From NCBI GenBank assembly GCA_964236585.1, contig CAXSFE010000002.1, positions 8,171-72,170 on the forward strand: a stretch of DNA of 64,000 nucleotides, written 5' to 3'. This document shows positions 42,783-51,355 of the stretch, one piece after another. How positions within the stretch are numbered: the stretch's first letter is position 1; each line of letters begins with the position of its first letter. This DNA is from an uncultured Acetobacteraceae bacterium (GTDB lineage: Bacteria > Pseudomonadota > Alphaproteobacteria > Acetobacterales > Acetobacteraceae). The notes under the pieces are model-generated. The model was not told the DNA's origin. It searched no databases and was given only the letters and a program-made list of their open reading frames with translations. The translations under genes were made by a program, and so were the position numbers.

Positions 42783-45746
42783 ATGATGCCGCCGCTGCCG
42801 CTCATGGCCGGTCCCGCAAGCGAGGCGAGGCGCCGAGTCCTGGTGCGCACGACGCTGGCGCTGGGCCTTGCGGTCCTGTCGCGGCCGGTGCTCGCGGCTC
42901 CTGTCGCCGACGCTGCGCCGGCTGCGACGCCGCAGGGTGCGGCCCAGACGGGCGGCGCGGCGGCGGAGATCACGGCACGTCTGGGCGAGCATCCGGAGTA
43001 CGGCCGCGTGGTGTTCGACGTGCCGGAGAGCGAGGACTTCCACGTCGCCCGCCAGGGTGAGCGGGTCGTCGTCACCTTCGGCGGACACCCCGTGGTGGCC
43101 GATGGCGTCGGCCATGCGCGCAATGTTCGCGAGGTGGCTGGCGGTACGGGTCGGGCGGTCATCACCGTCGCACCCGGCAGCCGTGTGCATGCGTTGCGCA
43201 TGGGCGCCCTTGTTGTCGTCGACATTCTCGATCCTGTCGCGTCATCGAGGGCCCTGCCGCAGGCGGCTGCGCCCGTGACCGCCCCTGTTCCCGCGCAACC
43301 CGTCGAGGCGGCTGTTCCTGCCATCGCCGCGCCCGTCCCCGCCGTGTCCGTTCTGTCCGCAGCTGTGCCGCCGGCTCCGGTCGCGGTGGCCGCGATGCAG
43401 CCGATCGTGGCTCCCGCTGCGACCGTGCCGACTGCGGCCGCCGGCGCGGGGCCGCTGTCGCTCCTGGCGACCCGGCAGACGCCGGTATCCGATCAGGCCG
43501 GCGCCAGCCTGGTGCTGCCGTTCGGGCCGGAGGTGGGGGCGGCCGCGTTCCGCGCCGGCGGTCAGCTCGAGGTGGTGTTCGACGCGCCGCGTCCGATCGA
43601 TCTCGCCGGCATGGCCGCCGACCCGGTCTTCGCGGGTGCCCGGGTCCAGGTCCTCGCCGACTTGACGGTGCTGACCCTGCCGCTGGACGAGGCGACGACG
43701 GTTCGTCTCGACCGTCATCCCGACGGCTGGGCGATCGTCGTGGGCGACGCGGCGGCAGCCGTGACCCCGATCGGCATCAGCTCCTCGGAGCACACGCTCG
43801 TGCTGCAGGCCGGCTCGCCCGGCCGCGTCGTGGTGGTCGCCGATCCCGCGGGCGGCGGCGTGCTGCTCGTGGGAACGCAGCGGACGTCGGGGCAGGCGGT
43901 GGGGATCGCGCGCAGGTCGCCCGAATTCATGCTGGCGGCGACGGTTCTGGGTGTCGTGGTCCAGCCTGCCTCCGATCGCGTCGAGCTGCGCTCGCTGTCC
44001 GACCGGTTCATCGTCGCGGCCTCCGGCGAGGGCGGCCTTTCGCTTCCGCCGGTCTCGGCGGACCGGCACCGCCTGCTCGATGCGGCGGTGTTCACCACCC
44101 GCTTCAAGCTCCCGACTCTGCCGCGCGAGGCACTGCTTCACCATCTCGACGACCAGCTCGCCAGCGCGGCTGCGGCGCCGGCGCTCGCCCGCTTCCCGGC
44201 CCGCGTCGCCGCGGCGCGGACCATGCTCGCGCTCGGGATGGACTCAGAGGCGCAGGCCCTGCTCCTGCTGGCGCGCCGGGAGGACCCGCAGCACGCATCG
44301 GATCCGGATGCCGCCGGGCTTGCCGGCGTCGCGGCCCTGCTGGCGGGACGTCCCGGCGAGGTCGAGGGGTTGTCGTCGCCCGAGCTGACCGGTTCGGACG
44401 ATGTGGCGCTGTGGCGCGCGGTGCGCGACGCCATGCGGACGGAGGGGTCGCCCGACGCCGCCGGCGTGTTCGCGGCCGATCTCGGGCTGCTGCTGTCCTA
44501 CCCTCAGGCGCTGCGCGACCGTCTGCTGCCGCTGGCTGCCGAGACGATGGCGGAGGCCGGTGCGGCCGGGAGGGAGGCTGCCAAGCGGCTGGTCGATCTG
44601 CTGCCTGCGGATCCCGGCCTTGCCTTCGCGCGCGGCCTGCTGGCTCAAAACGGCGGAGACGTCGACGGCGCGCTGCTGGTGTTCGACGGCCTGTCGCAGA
44701 GTCGCGACCGGCTCCTGCACGCCAGGGCGGCCCGCGCCGCCATCGAGCTGCGCCTGTCGTCCGGCCGGATCGATGCGGCGCAGGCCGCGGGAGCGCTGGA
44801 GCAGCAGGTGGTGGCCTGGCGGGGCGATGCCCGCGAGGAGCAGGTCCGCATGCGCGCCGCCGAGCTCAGGGCCCAGGCCGGGGACTGGAAGGCCGCGATG
44901 ACCCTGCTGCGCGACACCGCGACCCTGTTTCCCGAGGATCGCGGCATGGTCGGCGCGCAGGTGGCCGGCGACTTCGGCCGGCTGCTTGCCGGGGAGGGCG
45001 CAAGGCTTCCGTCCTCGCTCGATCTGGTGTCGCTGGTCTACGACAACGCCGACCTGCTGCCGCCGGGGGACGCCACGACCCGGATGGCGCCGCTGCTCGC
45101 CGACCGGCTGGTGGCGCTCGACCTGCCGTCGCGGGCCGGACCGGCGCTGGAGCGGCTGATGGCGAGCACGGCGGCTGGCGGCCCGCGTGCCGAGATCGGC
45201 GCCAGGCTCGCCGAGATGCGGCTCGAGCAGGGTGACACCGCGGCGGCCCTGTCGGCCCTGGACAGGTCGGCCGCCCAGGGTCTTGCCGACGATCTGGCGA
45301 ACCGGCGGGCGATGCTCCAGGCCCGTGTGGTCGCCAGCCAGGGCAACCTCAACCGTGCGATCGCCCTGCTCGCCGCGCTCCAGACGGCTGATGCCGCGGA
45401 CCTTCGCGCGCGCCTGCTTGCCGATGCGCACGACTGGCCGGGCGCGCTCGCGGCACTGTCCCAGCTCGCCGACATGCGCGTTCCCGCACAGGGCGTGTTG
45501 ACCGCGGCCCAGGAGGATATCGTGCTGCGGCAGGCTGGTGCTGCGGCGCAGGCCGGCGACGATGGCACGCTCCATCGGCTGCAGGTCGGCGCCGGGGCGC
45601 GTCTGGCGGCAGGGCCGCGCCGGGACCTGTTCCGCCTGCTCGTGTCGGCTCCGGTCCAGGCGGCTGCCGACCTTCCCCGGGCCGCGTCCGAGCTTGCGAT
45701 GGCGCGGACCGCCGCGACCGGCCTGCAGGCGATCAGCACGCGCTGA
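42783..45746 (+). CDS. large secreted Ala-rich repeat protein (TPR-like C-terminal half), flagellar-cluster associated
   Basis: Track ORF 42666..45746. The likely start is the Met pair at 42783, ahead of a signal-like RRRVLVRTTLALGLAVLSRPVLAAP. The N-terminus has a beta-rich module (EYGRVVFDVPESEDFHVARQGERVVVTF). The C-terminal roughly 550 aa is helical repeat (ALLLLARREDPQHA..., AAALSALDRSAAQGL...). Confidence 0.55.
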   Translation: MMPPLPLMAGPASEARRRVLVRTTLALGLAVLSRPVLAAPVADAAPAATPQGAAQTGGAAAEITARLGEHPEYGRVVFDVPESEDFHVARQGERVVVTFGGHPVVADGVGHARNVREVAGGTGRAVITVAPGSRVHALRMGALVVVDILDPVASSRALPQAAAPVTAPVPAQPVEAAVPAIAAPVPAVSVLSAAVPPAPVAVAAMQPIVAPAATVPTAAAGAGPLSLLATRQTPVSDQAGASLVLPFGPEVGAAAFRAGGQLEVVFDAPRPIDLAGMAADPVFAGARVQVLADLTVLTLPLDEATTVRLDRHPDGWAIVVGDAAAAVTPIGISSSEHTLVLQAGSPGRVVVVADPAGGGVLLVGTQRTSGQAVGIARRSPEFMLAATVLGVVVQPASDRVELRSLSDRFIVAASGEGGLSLPPVSADRHRLLDAAVFTTRFKLPTLPREALLHHLDDQLASAAAAPALARFPARVAAARTMLALGMDSEAQALLLLARREDPQHASDPDAAGLAGVAALLAGRPGEVEGLSSPELTGSDDVALWRAVRDAMRTEGSPDAAGVFAADLGLLLSYPQALRDRLLPLAAETMAEAGAAGREAAKRLVDLLPADPGLAFARGLLAQNGGDVDGALLVFDGLSQSRDRLLHARAARAAIELRLSSGRIDAAQAAGALEQQVVAWRGDAREEQVRMRAAELRAQAGDWKAAMTLLRDTATLFPEDRGMVGAQVAGDFGRLLAGEGARLPSSLDLVSLVYDNADLLPPGDATTRMAPLLADRLVALDLPSRAGPALERLMASTAAGGPRAEIGARLAEMRLEQGDTAAALSALDRSAAQGLADDLANRRAMLQARVVASQGNLNRAIALLAALQTADAADLRARLLADAHDWPGALAALSQLADMRVPAQGVLTAAQEDIVLRQAGAAAQAGDDGTLHRLQVGAGARLAAGPRRDLFRLLVSAPVQAAADLPRAASELAMARTAATGLQAISTR

Positions 45747-45959
45747 GCAGCGCGCAGGGTGGTTCCGTCACCGAACGCGCCGGCCACTAATATTTCGCGA
45801 TACCGCCGGGTCGGTGCCGAATTTCGCTGGACACGCCGTGATCTCTCTCGGCGGGCCGATTTGTGCTTGCGTCGGGCTTCCATACTCCCTATCTCCGGCG
45901 GCCTTGGCCCAAGGGGACGTAATCGTCCAACAGGCCGTCTGCTGGTTTGGGGGTACGTG

Positions 45960-46427
45960 ATGAACGCACTTGCTCAACTGGGGATGGTCTCGGAACTTCC
46001 GAGCAATAACCAGATGTCCGCGGCTTCTTTTCCGGCTTTCGCCGATGGGGAGCAGAAGGATTATTTTGTCGAGAAAGACGGGATGAAGTATGCGGGTGCG
46101 CATCTTCTCGTTGATCTCTGGGGGGCGACCAATCTCGCGGATCCCAAGGCAATCGACTGTACTTTGCGTCGTGCGGCCTTGGCCGCAGGTGCCACCATAC
46201 TGCACAGTCATTTCCATCATTTTTCACCTAATGGCGGTGTGTCCGGTGTGATCGTACTGGCGGAAAGCCATATCTCGATTCACACCTGGCCCGAGCGTGA
46301 CTTTGCTGCCGTGGACATCTTCATGTGTGGTGCTTGCGATCCGCACTTGGCGATCCCCGTGATGCAGACGCTGTTCCAAGCTGACAGGGTCGAGATCGAC
46401 GAGCAGCGGCGCGGCCGCGTGTTCTAG
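45960..46427 (+). CDS. speH: S-adenosylmethionine decarboxylase proenzyme (small pyruvoyl type)
   Basis: Starts at ATG 45960. Carries GAHLLVDLWG and the self-cleavage region VIVLAESHISIHTWPE. Many codons are A/T-ending, unlike the flanking genes. Confidence 0.85.
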   Translation: MNALAQLGMVSELPSNNQMSAASFPAFADGEQKDYFVEKDGMKYAGAHLLVDLWGATNLADPKAIDCTLRRAALAAGATILHSHFHHFSPNGGVSGVIVLAESHISIHTWPERDFAAVDIFMCGACDPHLAIPVMQTLFQADRVEIDEQRRGRVF

Positions 46428-46492
46428 GCTGCCTGGCTGCGACGGCTCGGTGCGGCGCACCGGGCCTTCCTGCATGCCAAGGAACCGAAGCA

Positions 46493-47353
46493 ATGAACGA
46501 GCACTGGATCGATGAGACGCTGTACCCCGGTTGGGGACAGCGCTTCAAGGTCATACGCGAGCTTGCGCGTACAAGAAGCGCGATGCAGGACATCGTCATC
46601 GTAGAAACTGAGAGCCACGGCCGAGTTCTCGTTCTCGACGGTGCAGTTCAGATCACCGAGGCTGATGAATTCGTCTACCAGGAGATGATCGCCCATGTGC
46701 CCCTCCTGGTACACGGCGACGCTCGGCGTGTCCTGATCATCGGGGCGGGAGATGGGGGCGTGCTCCGCCGAGTTCTGCAACACCGGCAGGTCGAGACCGC
46801 GGTGATGGTGGAGATCGATGGCGAAGTAGTTCGACTCGCGCGCGAGTTCCTGCCAGCGATCGGCGGTGCGGCGTGGGAAGACCCAAGGGCCACGGTCATC
46901 GTAGGTGACGGGATCGACTACGTGATGCGGGCCAAAGATGCCTCATTCGACGTGATCATCGTCGACAGCACCGATCCGGTGAGTGTCGGAGAGGCCCTGT
47001 TTACTGATGCATTCTATCAGCAATGTGCCCGGGTGCTGACGCCTCGCGGACTGGTGGTGAACCAGTCCGGCGTTCCGTTCATGCAGCCGCAGGAACTGTC
47101 AGACACGTCGCGTCGGCGGGCGCGGCATTTCACATACGTCGGCGCATACGTGGTGGCGGTGCCGACGTATGTGGGCGGTTTCATGACTCTGGGCCTAGCG
47201 TCGCGTTCTCGACCGACGGGCCAGTTTGACGTCGAGATCGTTCAGGCTCGTGCCGCAAAAGCCGGCATCCTCGGTCTCACACGATACTGGAGTCCGGAAG
47301 TGCAGGTGGCCGCCTTCGCGCTTCCGCCCTACATCGCGGATTGTCTGCGCTAG
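46493..47353 (+). CDS. speE: spermidine synthase / polyamine aminopropyltransferase
   Basis: Carries YQEMIAHVPL, VLIIGAGDGGVLRRVL, and VEIDGEVV...DVIIVDSTDPV. Confidence 0.9.
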   Translation: MNEHWIDETLYPGWGQRFKVIRELARTRSAMQDIVIVETESHGRVLVLDGAVQITEADEFVYQEMIAHVPLLVHGDARRVLIIGAGDGGVLRRVLQHRQVETAVMVEIDGEVVRLAREFLPAIGGAAWEDPRATVIVGDGIDYVMRAKDASFDVIIVDSTDPVSVGEALFTDAFYQQCARVLTPRGLVVNQSGVPFMQPQELSDTSRRRARHFTYVGAYVVAVPTYVGGFMTLGLASRSRPTGQFDVEIVQARAAKAGILGLTRYWSPEVQVAAFALPPYIADCLR

Positions 47354-47378
47354 GACACAGGCTTCCACCTTCCGTGAC

Positions 47379-47570
47379 TCAGGGAACAGGGTCTGCCGGT
47401 GGCTGGTCACTGACCACGTCGGGTGCGTGCTCGACGTTTTCCGCCCCACTCCGCGTCCCGCCGAACTTGTCGGCGCCACCCTTGTCCGGGGCGCCGGGCT
47501 TCTTGTGGTTGCCTGTGTTCTGCTGACCGTCCGTGTGCTCGATCGTCTCTTCCGTGTGAGGCTGCTGCAT
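47379..47570 (-). CDS. small hydrophilic hypothetical protein (63 aa)
   Basis: MQQPHTEETIEHTDGQQNTGNHKKPGAPDKGGADKFGG... Preceded by AGGAG 6 nt before the ATG. It lies in the lower-G+C islet. Confidence 0.4.
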   Translation of the reverse strand: MQQPHTEETIEHTDGQQNTGNHKKPGAPDKGGADKFGGTRSGAENVEHAPDVVSDQPPADPVP

Positions 47571-47647
47571 CGTGTTCTCCTGCTGCGGCTTGAACGCTTC
47601 GGAAGGCAGGGGTTGCACGTCGCGGCCGTCACCACGGGGCGAGGACG

Positions 47648-48388
47648 TCACGGCAAGGCGAAGCTCTGCACGAGGCTGCCGCACACCAGGCGCCAGCCAT
47701 CCACAAGGACGAAGAAGATCAGCTTGAATGGCAGCGACACCGCGGCCGGTGGCAGCATCATCATGCCCAGGCTCATCAGCACGCTGGACACAACGAGGTC
47801 GATGACCAGGAAGGGCAGGTAGAGCAGGAAGCCCATCTCGAACGCCCGCCGGAGCTCGCCCACCATGAAGGCCGGCACCAGGGCTCGCCATGGGGTGTCC
47901 GCGGCGACGGCGGGCTGCGGCAGGTGGCCGAGATCGAGGAACAGCTGCAGGTCGGCGTTGCGCAGGTTGGCCGTCATGAAGTGCCGGAACGGTTCGGCGG
48001 AAAGCCTGAGTCCGTCCATCTCGCCGATCTTGCCGTCGGCGAGCGGCATCAGCCCGGCGGTCCAGGCCTGATCGAGCACCGGCTGCATGACGAAGAAGGT
48101 CAGGAACAGGGCGAGGCCGATGATCACGGTGTTGGGCGGCGTTCCCTGCGCGCCCAGGGCGCCGCGCAGCAGGGACAGCACGATGACGATGCGGGTGAAC
48201 GCCGTGACCATCACCAGCAGGCTGGGCGCCAGCGAGAGCACGGTGACGAGCGCGGTGATCTGCACCAGCCGGCTGGTGGCGCCGGCTTGCCCCGCCTGGC
48301 CGAGGTCGATGCTGACCGACTGGGCGTGGGCCGCAAGCGGCAGCAGCAGGACCAGGGACACGGCCAGCAGCAGCACGCGGCGGTTCAC
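47648..48388 (-). CDS. fliP: flagellar type III export gate protein FliP
   Basis: The GTG start at 48386-48388 overlaps the fliO stop as GTGA. Has a signal-like N-terminus, then ITALVTVLSLAPSLLVMVTAFTRIVIVLSLLR...PPNTVIIGLALFLTFFVM. Confidence 0.95.
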   Translation of the reverse strand: MNRRVLLLAVSLVLLLPLAAHAQSVSIDLGQAGQAGATSRLVQITALVTVLSLAPSLLVMVTAFTRIVIVLSLLRGALGAQGTPPNTVIIGLALFLTFFVMQPVLDQAWTAGLMPLADGKIGEMDGLRLSAEPFRHFMTANLRNADLQLFLDLGHLPQPAVAADTPWRALVPAFMVGELRRAFEMGFLLYLPFLVIDLVVSSVLMSLGMMMLPPAAVSLPFKLIFFVLVDGWRLVCGSLVQSFALP

Positions 48389-48657
48389 CGGACCGACTCC
48401 GGCAGCCAACCGACCACGACGGAGGAGTCCGGGCCGGTCATCAGCATCACCGTCCGTCCGTCGACCATCACCAGGTGCAGGCGGCGCTTGACGTCGAGAG
48501 CGACGGTTTCCGTGACCGTCATCCGCTGCCCGGTGCGTGTGGGCAGCGGGATGCCCAGCAGCCTGGCACCTCGGCTGACGGCCAGGATCAGCGCCACCAC
48601 GACGCACAATGCGGCGATCGCGGCAAGAGGTGGCGTCAGCAGGTTGGTCGGGACCAT
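48385..48657 (-). CDS. fliO: flagellar biosynthesis protein FliO
   Basis: 90 aa. One TM helix (LAAIAALCVVVALILAV), then MTVTETVALDVKRRLHLVMVDGRTVMLMTG. It lies immediately upstream of fliP. Confidence 0.7.
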   Translation of the reverse strand: MVPTNLLTPPLAAIAALCVVVALILAVSRGARLLGIPLPTRTGQRMTVTETVALDVKRRLHLVMVDGRTVMLMTGPDSSVVVGWLPESVR

Positions 48658-48693
48658 GGCGCGGCCTTTTTGGCAGCGGGTTGCGGGGGCGGC

Positions 48694-48999
48694 TCAGGCG
48701 ATCAGGCGCAGGTCCAGGGCAGCCGTCGTCCGGTCGACCTCCGCCTGCACGGCCACGAGCAATCCGCGTAGACCGGTGCCGAGGTCGGGAGGCAGATCGA
48801 GCGTGCGGGCGCAGAGCTGGCCGACGCTGTGCTGCGCGCCCGACAGGTCGACGTCGCGCCCGGCCTCGATCAGGATCCGCGCGGTCGAGAGAGTGGCGAT
48901 CAGCTGCATCCCGAGATGACGCACCGAGTCCGCCGCGCGCTGGTCGGCGGACCAGTTCTGTACAGGGAAGATGGCGTGCAGCGTCATTGGCCCCATCAA
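48694..48999 (-). CDS. hypothetical protein at head of fliO-fliP operon
   Basis: 101-aa ORF, 36 nt upstream of fliO and divergent from flgB. No motif recognised. Confidence 0.35.
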   Translation of the reverse strand: MMGPMTLHAIFPVQNWSADQRAADSVRHLGMQLIATLSTARILIEAGRDVDLSGAQHSVGQLCARTLDLPPDLGTGLRGLLVAVQAEVDRTTAALDLRLIA

Positions 49000-49091
49000 G
49001 CCCCAGGCGGGTGAAGGCCGGGTTAACGCTGCCCTTTACTGTTCGGTAACCGGACGGTGGGATGCTGCGGGCAAGCAGATCGGAGCTTGTC

Positions 49092-49475
49092 ATGGATCCC
49101 GCCGATATCGGCCTGTTCAGCCTTGCCGAGCGCAGGCTTGCCTGGGTGGACCAGCGTCAGGCCCTGCTGTCGCAGAACATCGCCAATGCGGACACGCCGG
49201 GGTACCAGAGCAAGGACCTGTCGCCGTTCGCGGCCCAGCTGGGCCGGCTTGCGCTGAGCCCGTCGGAGAGCGGCACCGCAAGCCTCGGAACGTCGCTTTC
49301 CGCGCCTGGGCAGGGAGCCGACCGCGCGCACGAACGTGCGGTGGACGGCAACGCGGTCGGCCTGGAGGACCAGCTCGCCAGGGTCGCGGACTCTGACGGC
49401 ACCCAGCAGCTCGTGACCGGGCTTTATCACAAGTACATGGGGCTGTTCATGACCGCCTTCGGCAAGTCGTCCTGA
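49092..49475 (+). CDS. flgB: flagellar basal-body rod protein FlgB
   Basis: The internal ATG of track ORF 49062..49475. MDPADIGLFSLAERRLAWVDQRQALLSQNIANADTPGYQ. Confidence 0.85.
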   Translation: MDPADIGLFSLAERRLAWVDQRQALLSQNIANADTPGYQSKDLSPFAAQLGRLALSPSESGTASLGTSLSAPGQGADRAHERAVDGNAVGLEDQLARVADSDGTQQLVTGLYHKYMGLFMTAFGKSS

Positions 49476-49486
49476 GGGGATCGGAC

Positions 49487-49894
49487 ATGGACCTGACCAC
49501 CGCACTCAGCATCTCCGCCCGCGGCATGGACGCCCAGACTTCGCGCTTGCGCGTCATCGCCGAGAACCTGGCGAACCAGGACAGCATGGGCAGCGCGCCG
49601 GGCGTCGATCCCTACCGGCGCAAGACCGTGACCTTCGAGCAGCGTCTCGACCCCGCGCTGGGCGCCGCCACGGTCGGCGTGAAGAAGGTCGGCACGGACA
49701 AGTCCGACTTCCCGGTGAAGTACGATCCGTCGAACCCCGCGGCGGACGCGAAGGGCTACGTGCGCACGCCCAACGTCAACAGCTTTGTCGAGATCATGGA
49801 CATGCGCGAGGCGCAGCGTTCCTACAGCGCCAACCTGAACGTGATGCAGGTGTCGCGCGGCATGCTGACACGCGCGATCGAGATGCTGAAGTGA
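49487..49894 (+). CDS. flgC: flagellar basal-body rod protein FlgC
   Basis: ISARGMDAQTSRLRVIAENLAN at the N-terminus, and C-terminal VEIMDMREAQRSYSANLNVM. Confidence 0.95.
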   Translation: MDLTTALSISARGMDAQTSRLRVIAENLANQDSMGSAPGVDPYRRKTVTFEQRLDPALGAATVGVKKVGTDKSDFPVKYDPSNPAADAKGYVRTPNVNSFVEIMDMREAQRSYSANLNVMQVSRGMLTRAIEMLK

Positions 49895-50217
49895 GCACGA
49901 TCCAGCTCGCCATGCGCGCGGCCGACGCGGTCGGCGCCTACAGCCGGGTCGACACCGGGACCGGCACGGCCGGCATTGGCGCCACCGGCGGCACTGCCGC
50001 ATCGGGCTTCGGCGACATGCTGGGCCGGGCCATGCAGGGCGCCGTCGACGCCGGCCATGCCGCCGACACGCAGTCGATGCAGGCGATCTCGGGCGGAGGC
50101 AGCATCACCGACGTGGTCACCGCCGTCTCCAAGGCGGAGCTGGCGCTGCAGTCCACCGTCGCGATCCGCGACCGGGTCGTGCAGGCATATCAGGACATCA
50201 TGCGCATGGCGATCTGA
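49891..50217 (+). CDS. fliE: flagellar hook-basal body complex protein FliE
   Basis: The GTG start overlaps the flgC stop as GTGA. C-terminal DVVTAVSKAELALQSTVAIRDRVVQAYQDIMRM. Confidence 0.85.
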   Translation: MSTIQLAMRAADAVGAYSRVDTGTGTAGIGATGGTAASGFGDMLGRAMQGAVDAGHAADTQSMQAISGGGSITDVVTAVSKAELALQSTVAIRDRVVQAYQDIMRMAI

Positions 50218-50270
50218 CCGGCGCGCAGCCACGCCAGTCCGACGCTCTCGGCAAAACGCCAGGAGGCACG

Positions 50271-50543
50271 ATGCAGGAAGTCGACGTGGCCATCGCGATG
50301 CACGACGCGGTGATGGTCGCCCTCAAGCTCGGGGCGCCGCCGTTGCTGGCCGCGCTGTGCATCGGTCTGGTGATCTCGCTGGTGCAGGCGGTGACCCAGA
50401 TCAACGAGGCCACGCTGGCCTTCGTGCCGAAGGTCATGGTGATCGGCGCGGTGCTGGCCCTGCTCGGCCCGTTCATGCTGTCGACGCTGAGCGGCTTCAC
50501 CCAGGGCCTGTTCGACCGCATGATCGTGGTCGGCAGCCAGTGA
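50271..50543 (+). CDS. fliQ: flagellar export gate protein FliQ
   Basis: 90 aa. PPLLAALCIGLVISLVQAVTQINEATLAFVPK. Confidence 0.9.
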   Translation: MQEVDVAIAMHDAVMVALKLGAPPLLAALCIGLVISLVQAVTQINEATLAFVPKVMVIGAVLALLGPFMLSTLSGFTQGLFDRMIVVGSQ

Positions 50544-50577
50544 TCGCCGAGCGACCCCCGCTGCGTCGCGCACCGCA

Positions 50578-51354
50578 GTGACGCCCGATGACGCCGCCCT
50601 GTTCGCCGCCCTGCCTGGCTGGGCGTTCGCCTTCGTGCTGGTGCTGTCGCGGGTCAGCGCCGTGGTGCTGCTGCTGCCCGGCATTGGCGAGAGCGAGCCG
50701 CCTGCCATGCTGCGCGCCGGCCTGACCCTGGGGATGACGCTGCTGCTGCTGCCGGTGGTGGCCCCGCTGGTGCCGGCGGCACCCGGGGATGTCTGGCGCG
50801 ACCTGCTGATGGTGGGCGCCGAGCTGCTGGCGGGAGGGCTGCTCGGCTGGCTGGCGCGCCTGCTGGTGCTCTCCCTACCGATGGCCGGCACCATCATGTC
50901 CTACATGATCGGCCTGTCCAGCGTGCTGCAGCCCGATCCGCAGCTCGGCCAGACCACCGTGCTGGCCAAGGCGTTCGGCATGGTCTCCACGGTGCTGGTG
51001 CTGTCCACCGGGCTGTATTCGCTGCCGATCGCGGCGCTCGCGGGCAGCTACCGGCTGATCGAGCCGGGGCACCTCCTGCCGGTGGCGGACACGGCGCAGG
51101 CGGCCGTGGGTGCGGTCGCGGAGGGCTTCGTGGTGGCGATGCAGCTCGCAGCGCCGCTGCTGTTCGCCGGCACGCTCTGGCAGCTCGGGCTGGCGTTATG
51201 TGCGCGTCTGGTGCCGAACCTGCAGATCTACGTGGTGGCGATTCCAGGGCAGATCGTCGGCGGGCTGCTGCTCCTGGCGCTGCTGCTGGTCGGCGTTCTC
51301 GAGGCCTGGAGCGAGGCGGTGCGCACCGGCTTCATGCTGCTGCCCGGGCACTGA
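50578..51354 (+). CDS. fliR: flagellar export gate protein FliR
   Basis: GTG start, 258 aa, polytopic. FAFVLVLSRVSAVVLLLPGIGE is typical of FliR. Confidence 0.85.
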   Translation: MTPDDAALFAALPGWAFAFVLVLSRVSAVVLLLPGIGESEPPAMLRAGLTLGMTLLLLPVVAPLVPAAPGDVWRDLLMVGAELLAGGLLGWLARLLVLSLPMAGTIMSYMIGLSSVLQPDPQLGQTTVLAKAFGMVSTVLVLSTGLYSLPIAALAGSYRLIEPGHLLPVADTAQAAVGAVAEGFVVAMQLAAPLLFAGTLWQLGLALCARLVPNLQIYVVAIPGQIVGGLLLLALLLVGVLEAWSEAVRTGFMLLPGH

Positions 51355-51355
51355 G

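Noticed and set aside
49051-49067. CGGAC-GGTGGGA-TGCT upstream of flgB, as a sigma-54 promoter.
   Set aside because: Only the GG-N10-GC skeleton matches and the flanking consensus bases are wrong. This is too weak in G+C-rich DNA.
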